64,000 bases of DNA from Octopus sinensis (taxonomy: Eukaryota). The DNA lies in NCBI RefSeq assembly GCF_006345805.1, contig NC_042999.1, positions 153,512,001 to 153,576,000 on the forward strand. Reading direction: 5' to 3'. Below are positions 1 through 12,984 of the stretch, piece after piece. The notes below the pieces were generated by a model. It was not told where the DNA came from. It saw nothing but the letters and a program-made list of their open reading frames with translations, and searched no databases. Position 1 is the first letter of the stretch, and each line of letters opens with the position of its first letter. Both the position numbers and the translations under genes were made by a program.

Positions 1-504
1 GTTCCGGACCCCAGTTATGAACTCATTTGCATACAGCCAATCATAGCTTAACTATCAAACTAATTTATGAGCGCATTGCAAGTGTTGGGCGATAAGATAA
101 GCTCACTTGGTTAAGGAATGACCATGCTTCTTTTCTCTCTTAACAATGCTTTTTGATCTTGTTCTTGTTTCAATCATGGCTGTCTCTGTGTAGTTATTTG
201 TGTTGTTGTTTACTTTGTAAAGCGTAAAGGGGAAAAGGTTGCTAGCACATTACCCTCTACCCACATTTTTCCCGTCCACATTTTTACCACATGGGGCCCT
301 AACAAAATGCAATAATAGGTATAGATGCAAATCTATTTAATTACTTGTCTCCAAAAATTAGGCATAACTTGGCGATCGGTCGACTTACAAAAGCATTCTT
401 CGTCTTGAATTTACCTGGTAGAGTGTGTTTGTTAACTTGACAACAAGGTCAAGGTGAGCTCTGATTGGCTGCATGCAAATGAGCTCATAACTGCGGTCCG
501 AAAC
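1..504. mobile_element. MITE-like element with ~48-bp terminal inverted repeats (left end may extend beyond the window)
   Basis: 1-48 (gttccggaccccagttatgaactcatttgcatacagccaatcatagct) matches the reverse complement of 457-504 with about 5 mismatches; non-coding interior. Confidence 0.55.
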
Positions 505-1801
505 TCTCATGGGAAAAAAAAATTCGCGTCCTGTTCAGGGGGAATTCTGTGATCTCGGTCACTTATGCACCATGGAAACCGAGTAACCGGTCCTGCGTGG
601 CCAAGGTGTTTGTTTCTGAAATATTCAAAGAAATGGTTCTCTGAAGATTACATATTTGTTAAAATATAGGCTATGATGTAAATGGTTAAGAATTGCTGCT
701 GTAGAATTGAAGAGTGTCATAGTACGGTGTTAGAGGAATTAGAGGAAACTGCTAATGGATTTCCTCAGTAACAATGGGTATCGTAAATTTAGGAGAGTTT
801 TGTTGGGTTTCAAGAATTTCGGTTGCTATCCTAAAGACAACTGAATTCATTGAAATCTTGCAAACGAGTATCTATTGATTTTGTAACATTACTTCACATA
901 TGAGAAAACTGGTGTATAGCCTCGTTATCTTGTTCAAGGTGGACTAGAAGTCTTGAAGTCTGACTGCATATGCCTGTCTGTGGACATAACTTTGTGGTTT
1001 GGTGGCCATAACCCGAATTCACAGAATCAACGTGGATAGGGTGAATTTAAAACAACACCACACCATGAATTTTTTGTAAAACTATTATTAATCATCAACA
1101 TAAAAACAACTTACAACAAATATACATACAAACAAACAGCCAATGCAACACCAAACGTGCAGTAAAAAGTTACAAGGGTAACATATGTACACAGTTCAGA
1201 AGTTCGGACTCCATATCTTGGTTTTTCAAAAGTAGCTTTCCAAAAATTTTGGGTTTCATAAAATCCAGATTTCCAGTTTTGTAAACATTCGGTTTTCAAA
1301 CGTTGGATTTCGACAGTGGATTTCGAACCGTGACTTCAAGCGTTGTATTTTTATCTGTCTTGGATAAGCATCATGTATAAACAAAACGGAAGTCTAAAGG
1401 CAAACCTTTTGATACCAACACGCCTGAGACAGTCCTTGGTTCTGTGATACAAACTTCGTGTTTTAAAGTGGTCTGAATTAAAATATTCCTTCAAAATTTC
1501 AAGATAACTTATTTTCCAAAGACCAGCTTAATAAGGACAAAGCTATTTTCCCTATATTCTTCATTATTTTCAAAATAAATTGAGAGAAAATCAGTGTTTC
1601 AATAGCTGTATGGTAACAGGCTTTAATACAAAAATATAAAAAAATACTGGTGTCGATTCAACCGACAAAAAATTCTTCAAGGCGGTACCCCAGCATGGCC
1701 GTAGTCTAATGAATGAAGCCATTAAAAAATTAAAAGGTAATATATATCCCTTTATCCTTCTACTAGTTTCAGTCATTGAACAGTGGTCGTGCTTGAGCAC
1801 C

Positions 1802-1840
<39 letters not shown>

Positions 1841-1939
1841 CATATACATATATAAATATATATATATATAAATATATATGTATGTATATATGTATACATA
1901 TGTATACATATATAAATATATATATGTATGTATATATAT

Positions 1940-1976
<37 letters not shown>

Positions 1977-2374
1977 GCAGAGACAGAGAGTCAGAGAGAG
2001 GTTATATATATATACATATATATATATATATACATATTCAAATAAATATGTGTATAATTGTGTGTGTGTGTGTGTGTGTGTCTGTGTTCTGTGTATATTC
2101 TAGTAAACGGTACAAGTAAACGTGATTTAGTAATCTTTGATCTTTTGTCTATGTTTCCCCCGCCTTACGAACCCCCCACCCCCTCCTCCACCAATTTTCG
2201 GAATACTAACGAAATAACTAAACAGCCATAAAATTCTTTTCATATTATAAATTCATACCATTAGCATTCATAGCTTTTATTGCTGTTTATTCTAAATTAG
2301 TCGGGTGTTTAGTTCCGCCACCCCCATCACCAGTATACCATAGTATAGTAATTATCTTTGCATCGTTTGCTTGT

Positions 2375-3115
2375 TTCACTCATTAGACTGTGGCCATGCT
2401 GGGGCACCACCTTGAAGAATTTTTCCTTTTTTAAGCTTTGTGCTTATTCCATTCGGCTCTATTTGCCGAACACCTTATTTATGATGACGTAAACACACCA
2501 ACACCGGTTGTCAAGCGGTGGTGGAAGACCAATATAGATACAAAGACGAGCGCACGCACACACACACACACACACACCACACACACACACACACATACAC
2601 ACACGCGCGCGCGTAATATATCACTATGATCACCGTGACCGACCAGGCTATCATATTTTGATACACATCTCTGGTCACAATACGCTTCGCATTGTTTTAG
2701 CCTTCAAATGACGCCACTCCGCTGCCTAAGCGAGTAGGCCAACAGAAGAAAAAATGAGAGAAAGTTGTGGCGAAAGAGTACAGCAGGGATCGCCGCTACC
2801 GCCTGCCGGAGGCTCGGGGAACTTTAGGTGTTTTCGCTCAATAAACACTCACAACGCTCGGTCTGGAAATCGAAACCGCGATCCTACGACTGCGAGTCCA
2901 CTGCCCTAACCACTGGGCTATTGCGACTCTACGCATAATATATATGTGTATATATATGGCGGAGTTTTTACAGTTTCCGTCTATCAAATCCACTCACAAG
3001 GCTTTGGTTGGCCCTAGGTTATAGAAGGAAACACTTACCCAAAGTACCACGCAGTGGGACTGAACCCGGATCCATGTGGTTGGGGAACAAATTTCTTATC
3101 ATACAGCCACGCTGG
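2375..3115 (-). mobile_element. tRNA-derived SINE family A, split by a SINE-C insertion in its central microsatellite
   Basis: Tail at ~2375-2580 and head at ~2960-3115 match the family A copy at 3656-4068. Confidence 0.7.
2623..2930 (-). mobile_element. tRNA-derived SINE family C
   Basis: Reverse complement of 23484-23795 (A/B-box head; tail ...ggtcggtcacggtgatc). Confidence 0.8.
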
Positions 3116-3431
3116 TGTCTAATTAGGGACGTGACTGAATTGATAAATATATACCACATTAATTTTCTTCGATTGACCTAAGGCCTGTTGGCGGAAGGGG
3201 TTAGTTGATTACACTGAACATAGTACTTGAGTTGTATATATTTTATCGATCCCGAAAAGATGAAACACACCGTCGACCTCAGAACGTAAAGATCCGAAAG
3301 AAATGCTACTAACCACTTAGTCCGACATGATAACAATTTTTCCAGTTCGCCGCTTTAATACATATGTCTTAAAAGCATTTCTGTATTCCAGACAGTTATA
3401 CATACTATTATTTACTGTGATTTATTCATTA

Positions 3432-3650
3432 CTAGCAGAGGTACCCGGCGTTGTTCGGGGTGTGAACTCATCGTCATTCTCAGAACACTTATTTTCTAGT
3501 CTCACAACCAGCGCCGCCGAAGCTTTTTTGGAAAACGTACATAATTCCACACCAAAACGTACGAAAATTCACAAAAACGTACAAAATATTTTTGAAATAT
3601 GTCACAACCACACAATTAGAGAAAAATATCGGTTTTTCTAAGAAAATTTG
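3432..3650 (-). mobile_element. Helitron 3' end fragment
   Basis: Minus strand reads cccgaacaacgccgggtacctctgCTAG|T: a hairpin followed by CTAG before T, the canonical Helitron 3' terminus. The upstream limit is approximate. Confidence 0.55.
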
Positions 3651-3655
3651 AAATA

Positions 3656-3826
3656 GGCGTAGGAGTGGCTGTGTGGTAAGTAGCTTGCTTACGAACCACA
3701 TGGTTTCGGGTTCAGTCCCACCGCGTGACACCTTGGGCAAGTGTCTTCTACTATAGCCTCGGGCCGACCAAAGCCTTCTGAGTAGATTTGGTAGACGGAA
3801 ACTGAAAGAAGCCCGTCGTAAATATG

Positions 3827-3859
<33 letters not shown>

Positions 3860-4068
3860 TTGTGTGTTTGTCCCCCCCCCCCAACATCGCTTGACAACCG
3901 ATGCTAGTATGTTTACGTCCCCGTAACTTAGCGGTTCGGCAATAGAGACCGATAGAATAAGTACTAGGCTTACAAAGAATAAGTCCTGGGGTCGATTCGT
4001 TCGACTAAAGGCGGTGCTCCAGTATGGCCACAGTCAAGTGACTGAAATACATAAAAGAATAAAAGAAT
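3656..4068 (+). mobile_element. Full-length tRNA-derived SINE family A (CORE-SINE-like; head + TA/TG microsatellite + tail)
   Basis: Head ggcgtaggagtggctgtgtgg (A box) and gggttcagtccc (B box); ccttgggcaagtgtc resembles the MIR/CORE segment; tail ends aaaagaat repeats; many copies in the window. Confidence 0.85.
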
Positions 4069-5833
4069 AGGCACGTGCAAACAAATATATTTTCTCATTT
4101 ATTCTCCAAAGGTTTGTGTGAATGGGTTGCGGCCATGCTGGGGTACTGTGTTTGAAGTTATTTCTTCCAATCGATTGTATCGTTCCCTAGTATCTTCCCA
4201 ACCTGGTCCATATTTTAACAGTCACCCTTTATCGAAATTGTCAAAGGAAAAAAAGATACCTACATCGAAGCACTCAATACCACAAGGAATTTTTGTTCGA
4301 TATTTATGCCGACACGTTTCACACATATACTCAAACACACACACATACACACAGACACAAACACATACACACACACAGACACACGCATATACACATACAT
4401 ACACAGAGATACACATATACATACACAGAAACACACAGACTTACATACACATACACACACATATACACACATATACACCTACTCACACAGACAGACAAGC
4501 ACACACACACATTTAGCTCTTATCTTTTACATGCCTCAGTCACTGGATCGCGGCCACGCTGGGACAACCACCTTCAAAGGTTTCATCGAACAAAGTGACT
4601 CCAATACTTATTTTTAAGTATGCCATGGGGTCGTAAACAAACTAACACTAAGCACCGTGTATCTGGGAATCGAAACTGCGATCTTGCGATCGTGCGTGCA
4701 ACACCCTAACCTTCAGGCCATGCACCTCCCCCCCCCCACACACACACACACTAATGGGTGTGCTCATGCGTGTCCTTGTGCGACCGACTCCACGTAGCAT
4801 TATGCTGTTTGGCATGATCTCAGCTCATAATGCTCTCTGTATAGCATTCTCTGAGACCGGTTACGGTCCATAAACTGCTTCCTGCTCATGCTCTCCCTGT
4901 CGCCCTTCTCTCCTCCTCTCGTTCTCACTCTTTATCTCTATCCAACCTCCCTCTCTCTTTATCTCTCTCTCTCTCTTTCTCTCTCTCCCTCACAATATAT
5001 GTATATATTACAAATCGCATTGATGGTAGCTAGAAGTGGTTTAGTGTTCATGATGGTGGTGTTGATGGAGAAGACTATACAGGTAAACATCATCATCATC
5101 ATTAGCACAACCACTATCATTACCACCACCATCTTCGTCTTCCTGCTTTTCCTTCATCTTGCTCCTCTTGCTCCTCCCCCTCGTCGTCGTTACCTTGACG
5201 ACCAAATCAGCCGAGAGTGTGTTGACTGTATACAAGAGAATGTATTGACCGAACGATGAAAACACTCCTACTAGACTTGGTCAAAACCCAACGGTTCGAA
5301 AACTGCCGCAGGCGTGGATGTGTGCTATGAAGTCACCCTAGGAACATGGAACGTGTCTTCTACTATGACTGCAAGCTGAGCAAAGCTTTGTGGGTAGATT
5401 TGACAGACGGAAATAGTCTGAATTTTGTCACTGAACAGGTCGCCGTGTCAAAGTGACGAAAATATTTTGGCAAATTAAATTTAAATGTTGAAGTGAACCT
5501 AACGGTTTTTGTGTGTTTTTAAATGGCTTATAAACACCTCCCACATTGCAGTTGTTTCTGTTTCAGCATTCGATCTCAGATCAGGTCACTTGCTATGCAA
5601 ATACATCTCCTAACATATAAGAATTACGGAATTGAGTAGATAAGATCCTGGCTACAAATGTAACCTCAGAAGTGGTAAATATCCAGGCGTGGTGTATACC
5701 TGAGGCTACTCTTCAGGCCAAGAATATCTTGATTGAATGAAAGTTTACATTGCTGCAAGGAGGTACATCTTAACGCACGGAAGATTCAATCAGAATGTGC
5801 AGAAATCAGAGTAGGATAGGTCAGCTGTAAAGT

Positions 5834-6805
5834 TCATAGGTTGACCAAGTTACTTTCATGGAATGAAACTAATTGATGTTTAATCTTTAACACAGCTCCT
5901 TTTGTGGTCGACACGCTTCTTCCATCGGTATTGCTGTGTTTGAATACCATTTGTGAAGAAAATTTCATCCTGTGGGTCAAAAGTGTTTTCAATAGCAGAT
6001 GTGACTTCATTGTCACTGCGATACTGGTTCACAACCAAGTGTTTTTACATATTAGGGAACGGATAGCTGGAGCTCCATCAGTGCACATCCCTATCGGCGA
6101 ATCCCACGAAAGTTGGTTTTCCTGAAAGAAGTTTGATACATCATAAAATAGCTGCTGCTGTTGTACAACTATCCGTAGGGTGACAGAACAACATTTCCTC
6201 TTTTACACAATTGCCTGACACAAAACGAGCATAAACCAGTAGCCAACCGAGAAAACTGAGCGATGTCAGTCGTTTCGTCACGCTGGATGGTAAAAATGAG
6301 AGAATCTCTTACTTGGTCGAAAATTTGACCTTTCATGTCTTGAGACAAGTCATCGATCTTTCTGTTCACTGTATCGTTTGATAAGGAAATCTGGGAAAGT
6401 TTGTTTGCACTATCTTTCCCCAGAACGGCTTCTGCTGCACGGAGTAGACTTGGTTTTATGAGATTCTCCGATGTTATGCCTCTTCTTGCTCTTTGCATTC
6501 AACATGGTGATCTCAAAGGAAGCCTCAACAACCATTGAAGTTTGTTGCCGAAATACCCCACTACCGTACAACTTAGTTTGCTTCAAGGAATGTCTTTTTG
6601 TTTCAAAGAATGCCTTGGGCTTGTCTGCAAGAGCAGCATGTGTTGTCCTCAAGTGACGTTCCAAACGTGAAAGTCACATTCCATCATGGCCCGAAGTCTT
6701 GTAACATATCACACACTGGGGGACTTCTGTGTCATCCTTTTGGAGGGACACGAATCCAAATCGAATATATTCGTCAAGATACTTCCGTTTCTTTGCACTC
6801 CTTGC
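5834..6805 (-). pseudogene. Degenerate Buster/Charlie-type hAT transposase (ZBED5/GTF2IRD2-like)
   Basis: Frameshifted ORFs 6410-6664, 6169-6498 and 5834-6016: CVIC...LERHLRTTH BED finger, HNIGE-LIKP, LSNDTV..KIDDLSQD, IQ.DETTD, TDG motifs. Confidence 0.85.
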
Positions 6806-7130
6806 GAATTATTTGATGTGCAGTGGACAGCACAAATATGTGAACAAAAAGTAAGGCACGAGTAAGGTAATGTCAAGGCTCAAGTTAGAACGCTCGCCTA
6901 AGTTACGAAAAATATTAAAATAAAAAATAATTGGAATGAAAGTTAAATTAAAAGAAAAGTCACACAAAAAATTTGTGCAATAAAATATTGTATTTATTTG
7001 TACGAAAATATAAAAAAACGTTTCTTTAAAAAAGAAAAGATTTTGTATAACTTTTAGTTTTATCTAGTACATTCTGTAACATTTAAATCTGAATTTTAGT
7101 TTAACATTCGGTTTTATATTATAACTTACA

Positions 7131-7490
7131 CTATGAACTGGCAACGCCGGGTCATAGTGCTAGTGCATGCATATACAGCTGCGTGCGTGCGCACATACAC
7201 GCGAGTACTGTCCAAATCTCCGACCAATCACATACAGCTAGCTGGCATTCAATTGGCGTATCAAGTTTCGGGCATTTTAATCGGGTTTTAGATAGAAAAT
7301 TCACCAAAAATCACTTCTATTGATTTTTTTAATGGCTTTGCGGGGTGACTGGGGAAATGTAAAGATGTGCACGACCACCCTTGGACGGTTTTGAATGACC
7401 ATAGAAAGTGCGAACCCTCTAACTGAAAAATTGTGGATTTGTATAAAGAACACACACGCAGACATTTTGCCGTTTATATATAGAGAGATT
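7131..7490. mobile_element. Helitron-like ends (plus-strand 3' end ...catagtgCTAG|T near 7165; minus-strand 5' end tctctatatataaa near 7490)
   Basis: Terminal motifs resemble the complete Helitron at 34986-35357. Confidence 0.4.
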
Positions 7491-7934
7491 ATGATACATC
7501 ATCTAGAGGCGGAAATAATTGTAATGAATTGGAAACTTCTGCTGTATGGTATTTGATATACCTGTATTTGTTTATGCTATACCAGTACAAGGGTTAATTG
7601 TACGAGTAATTTAAAGGGATCCTCTTTGTCACATCATGTCACACTAATTCTGTCTGAGAGTTGCGGTAAGGCTACACGTGTCTGGAATACTCAGCCACCT
7701 AAGCGTTAATTTCACGAAGAGGAATCTGATTGGTCTAGCACATGAATGCTCATCATCAAGACCGACGGAGAGTCTATGATTCACTTTTTGTTTTTTCTAA
7801 TAATCTTTTTGATAGTTATTAAGCATATTTTTTTAATGAATTTATAAAAAGTCAAGATAGCCACGGACAGGACGTGTTTAATCATTGACCTACCCACCAA
7901 AAACTGACTAAAGCTCCCTATAAAAAAACAGTAA

Positions 7935-8300
7935 TTGTTGATAACGATCTCAGTTGGCGTGCCCACATCAACAATAAGGTCGATGTAGCTCGTAGGATGG
8001 GCTCCTGGATCTTAAGAACCTTCCGGTCAAGAGAACAAGGTGTCATCATACCACTTTTCTCCTCCTTTGTACGGCCGCACCTCGAATACTGCTGCCTTTT
8101 GTGGTCTGCCCATACAAAACAAAACATCTCGAAAATTGAATCACCCCAGAGGGCACTCAGTAAACGAATTGAAGGCATGACTGATCTTGATTAATGGGAC
8201 CGCCTTAAAGCCTTGAAACTCTACTCTCTCCAGCGCCACCGCGAGCGGTACATCATTTGTACGATGCGGAGAATATACCGCCAGCATTGCCCAAACGATA
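7935..8300 (+). pseudogene. CR1/L2-clade LINE 3' ORF2 fragment
   Basis: IVDNDLSWRAHI...GSWILRTF...LFSSFVRPHLEYCCLLWS...IESPQR...WDRLKALKLYSLQRHRERYII, the typical CR1 post-RT region, with a stop codon. Confidence 0.85.
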
Positions 8301-8584
8301 ATGAGGCTGCGATTCATGTAAAAGTAATAAGATCATGGGTTCATTAGGTTAAGTTTTATTTGTGAAATACAGTTGCTTTGAATTTGCCTCGGAAAGAGAT
8401 CTGTGTTTGTGATGGTTAGTTGGGGTTGGGGTACTAGAAATGTGGCCTGGGTGTCAAGGGGGCGGCAGTCCGAAAACGTTTGGGAACCATTGCTATAAAG
8501 TTAAATGTTGGTCCAACACATGAATATTCACCGTCGATACAGACGGAGACTCTACGATATACTTTTGTCTTTTTTCTCTTTTTC

Positions 8585-10242
8585 TCTTTTACTCTTTTAC
8601 TTGTTTCAGTCATTTGACTGTTGCAATGCTGGAGCACTGCCTTTAGTCGAGCAAATCGCCCCAGGACTTATTATTTGTGAGCCTAGTACTTATTCTATCG
8701 GTTTGCTTTGCCGAACCGCTAAGTCACGGGGACGTAAACGCACCAGCATCGGTTGTCAAGCGATGTTGGGGGAGGGGGAGACAAACACAGACACACAAAC
8801 ACGCACACACACACACATACACACACACACACACACACATACTCACATACACACACACACACACACATATATATATATTATATATAATATAATATATATA
8901 TATATATAGGAGATAAATAAATATATGCATACATACAAACATATATGTACGTACCTACATCTACATGTATATATACATGCATATATAAATAATTATACGG
9001 AAGTACAGGACATCACAATAAGACGTAGAAACAGAAAAAGCCAAAAACAAAAAAAACAAGAAAACGGAAAACGAAAACCAAATACAGGACAGGTTACACA
9101 AGGACAAAACCCCGTCATCAGCTGTCGCTAGAGGAGTCAGGCATGTTTCGAAGGCATACAGAACACTAATCCAATAGGCCTTCCTGCGAGAGAATTAAAA
9201 TAAAATTTCAAGCAGCGGGGCACAATGAGTACGAACACAAACAAGACGTAACAATAAGACTGCAAAATTAAAATACATGTACAAAAAAACACAAGAGGAC
9301 GAACGAAAAAGCCTTTTTTCTGGCATAGACAAACAATAAAACTGCAAAAAAAAAATACATGTACAAAAAGTACAATTAGTTACAAAACGAGAAAATAACA
9401 AGAATACTATACAGGAAATTACCCACACATGGGGACGAACGAAGAAGCCTTTTTGTCTGGCAAGGACGAAAGTGTAGTAGCAGCGCGTGGAGGCAGTCTT
9501 TTCAATAGTGGTAACCACGTGTAAAGGAATTTTGTTTTATAGGCAAGGAAGAGGGAAGGAGGAGGGGGACACGCGGCGAAGAGAGAGGAGGAGGGGGAGG
9601 GAGAAAGATTGAAGAGGTTAAAGCAAAGGGAGAGAGTACCGCATCTTCAATATAATAATATTAATATAAAAAAAAGGGGACCAAGAAGTGGATCGAAACG
9701 ACGAATCGGAACGAACCTGATGCGGGGCGCTGTCAGACAATAAGGAGATAAATAAAAATATATGCATACATACAAACATATATGTACGTACCTACATCTA
9801 CATGTATATATACATGCATATATAATAATTATACGGAAGTACAGGACATCACAATAAGACGTAGAAACAGAAAAAGCCAAAACACAAAAAACAAGAAAAC
9901 GAAAACGAAAACCAAATACAGGACAGGTTACACAAGGACAAAACCCCCGTCATCAGCTGTCGCTAGAGGAGTCAGCATGTTTCGAAGACATAACAGAACA
10001 CTAATCCAATAGGCCTTATATATATATATATATATAATATAGGGATGGTATTATTAAAATACCATCACAAGTGGTAAGCGAATTATTAGCCGTACGGGCA
10101 AATTAATAACATATACATACAATATTAGATATGTATATATATACAGATGAGTACTACATGAGTACCTATATCGCTAATTATAGAAGTAAAAAAATACTTA
10201 TGTACCACCAAATAGTCACAAATCTATTACAGACAAGGTAGG

Positions 10243-10305
<63 letters not shown>

Positions 10306-10487
10306 CGGGCTTTTTCAGTTTCTGCCTACCAAATCCACTCACAAGGCTTTGGTCGGCCCGAGGTTATAGTAGAAGACACTTGCCCAAGGTGCCACGCAGG
10401 GACCGAGGAGTGGTTTATGACGAATTTCCTACTACTTCACTATATACATATGGTTAGTAAGCAACCTACTTACCACAGAGCCACTCC
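8585..10487 (-). mobile_element. SINE family A split by a ~1.1-kb terminally redundant element and another TA-associated fragment
   Basis: Tail 8585-8790, head 10303-10487; inserts lie in the central CA/TA tract. Confidence 0.7.
8908..10017 (-). mobile_element. Non-coding element, 835-nt period with 275-nt direct terminal repeats (pseudo-LTR-like, probably Penelope-associated)
   Basis: 8908-9182 is nearly identical to 9743-10017; flanked by (TA)n; no ORF; GAAAC and CTGATGA boxes on the minus strand. Confidence 0.75.
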
Positions 10488-11546
10488 TAATTATTTTCTT
10501 TTATAATACAATAATTGAAGCATATTTTTTAAAGAGATTTCTAAGAAGGCAAGCTAGCCACGGACAGAGTGTCTTTAACCATTGACCTACCAAAAGAGAG
10601 CTAACTCAAGTTCGTTATAAAAAGAACACTAGCAGCAGCAGTAGTGAAAACTATAAATTCGACCTTGTTTGTACCTAAACTATTATGGTGACGCAGCAGA
10701 AGTTTTGTTGTTAAAGAGTTAAATGTCGTGAATGTTATGATAAAATGACTGATATATTTAGAGACATATAAGTATAAGCTACGTTGACATACTTCACTCA
10801 TATACACATAGTTCTCATGGGCAATTTGTACACTTACGCACGCATGCACGCGCACACACACACATACATACATCACATCACACATCATACATACACACAC
10901 ACTCACATTACGCATACACACGCACATAAACATATACACAGACGCACACGCACATACACAAACACACACACATGCACAAACCCACACAGACACACGCACA
11001 GACACAAATACACACATAGAGAGACACAAACACACGCATAGACACACACACACACACAGATACACACGCACACATTACACACATACACATTATACATACA
11101 CACACACACACAAAAACACACACAGGCACACACAAACACAAACACACACACGCAAACATACACAGACACACACGAACACACACACACACAAGTATATTAT
11201 ATATATATGTGTATGTAAATATTTGTATATTACAGTATTGACAAAACTATCCGATATTGTTTTGCATCGCTAGTCACGGTACGCTTGGCATTGTTTTAAC
11301 CGTCGAACGACGCCGTCTCGCTGGTTATGTTAACATCCCCTCCTCCCCACCTGAAAGGAAGAGTAGTCCGAAACAGGTTTCGCCCATTTACGGCTGGATG
11401 GACTGGAGCAATGTGAAAGGAAATATTTTGCTGAAGAACACAATGAGCCGCCCGGTCTTGAAATCGAACTCGTGAGCTACCAATCGTGAGTGCAACACAC
11501 TAACCACTTGGCTACACGCCTTCACAAATATATATATATATATATC

Positions 11547-11617
<71 letters not shown>

Positions 11618-11623
11618 CTATAT

Positions 11624-11670
<47 letters not shown>

Positions 11671-11684
11671 TATATATATATATA

Positions 11685-11716
<32 letters not shown>

Positions 11717-11724
<8 letters not shown>

Positions 11725-12566
11725 CATATATTTTATTTATTACACTATTGTATGACTGAACGCCTTCGCGTCGATTCGATTCGATTCGTTCCGTTTCGTT
11801 TCTTCTTCTTCTCCCAGTACAGTTTTTATATATAATTATGACGCGAAACCCTATACCTCTTTGCTTAACCTTCCCTTCTCTCCCTTTCTCTCTCTCTCTC
11901 ACTCCTCCTCATCTCTCTCACAGCCGTTTGTCTTCCTCTATCTCTCTCTCTCTCTCTCTCACTCCTCATCTCTCTCACAGCCGGCCAAATACTTCCTTTT
12001 GCATGCGACCTTCTAACTGTAAACACACGGTTTTCTTGCGCTCCTTGAATCTCTCCTCGTCTAGGCAAAAAAGGCCCTCTTTGGTTGTTTTCTTGTGTGT
12101 TTTTATTTCTTGTATTGTATTTTTTTGTAATTGTATTTTTATTTTGTATTTTATTTTGTATTTTATTTTGTAATTTTATTTGTATCGTTTTTACGTCCTG
12201 TTTGTGTCACATTTTGTTATTTCCTTGTTTTTACCCCTCTGCGAAGTAATTTCCTTTAATTTCTTCGCAGGGAGGGCTAGTTCGACGAGTCGTGTTCTGT
12301 CCTCACCTTCGAAACACGCTGGAGTTGAACTAGGGACAGCTGATGAAGGGGATTTTTCCTTGTGTAGTTTGTCTAGTACTCTGTTTTTTCTTTGTAAAAA
12401 AAAGGTTCGTTCCATGCTTGTTTTTACGTTCTCGTTGAGTTCTGCGTCTATTTGTGGTGTCCTGTACTCACGTATATATATTTATATATGCATGTATATA
12501 TACATGTAGATGTAGGTACGTACATATATGTATATATGTATGCATATATTTTATTTATTACACTAT
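11717..12566 (+). mobile_element. Diverged relative of the 8908-10017 element, 818-nt period with 32-nt terminal redundancy
   Basis: 11717-11748 equals 12535-12566; shared blocks tattg..tgac, ttc/ctcgcagg, ccttcgaaacaygc, gacagctgatga, and tail tcctgtact...catgtagatgtagg. Confidence 0.7.
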
Positions 12567-12619
12567 ATATATTATATATATATATATAATATATATATAT
12601 ATAATATATATATATACAG

Positions 12620-12960
12620 CAGCCATGCTGGAGTACCGTTTTAAAGGGTTTTAGTTAAAGAAATCGACCTCGGGACTTCTTTGTAAGCCAAGTACTTATT
12701 TTATCGATCTCTTTTGCTGGGGACGTAAACACACCAACATCGGTTGTCAAGTGAAGGTGGTGGTGGTGGGGGGAGAAAAACAGACACAAAGACACACACA
12801 CACATAAATATAATCATATATGTACATATATATATATGATGGGCTTCTTTCAGTTTCCGTCTACTAAATCCACTGACAGGGTTTTCGTTGGTCCGAGGCT
12901 ATAGTAAAAGGTATTTGCCCAAGTTGCCATGCAGTAGGACTGAACCCGGAACCATGTAGT
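12620..12960 (-). mobile_element. SINE family A (degenerate)
   Basis: Similar to 14095-14552. Confidence 0.75.
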
Positions 12961-12984
12961 TGTGCTTGTCCATAGATCATAGAT

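Noticed and set aside
540-1080. Possible decayed LINE ORF1 zinc knuckle (GYGH..C) on the minus strand
   Set aside because: Many stop codons and an incomplete motif; not supportable.
5834-6805. Domesticated ZBED-type host gene
   Set aside because: Multiple frameshifts and stops with a large deletion; a transposon fossil.
12305-12355. Canonical type II hammerhead
   Set aside because: The boxes are present, but no U16.1-H17 triplet and stem III can be closed; kept only as an uncertain motif.
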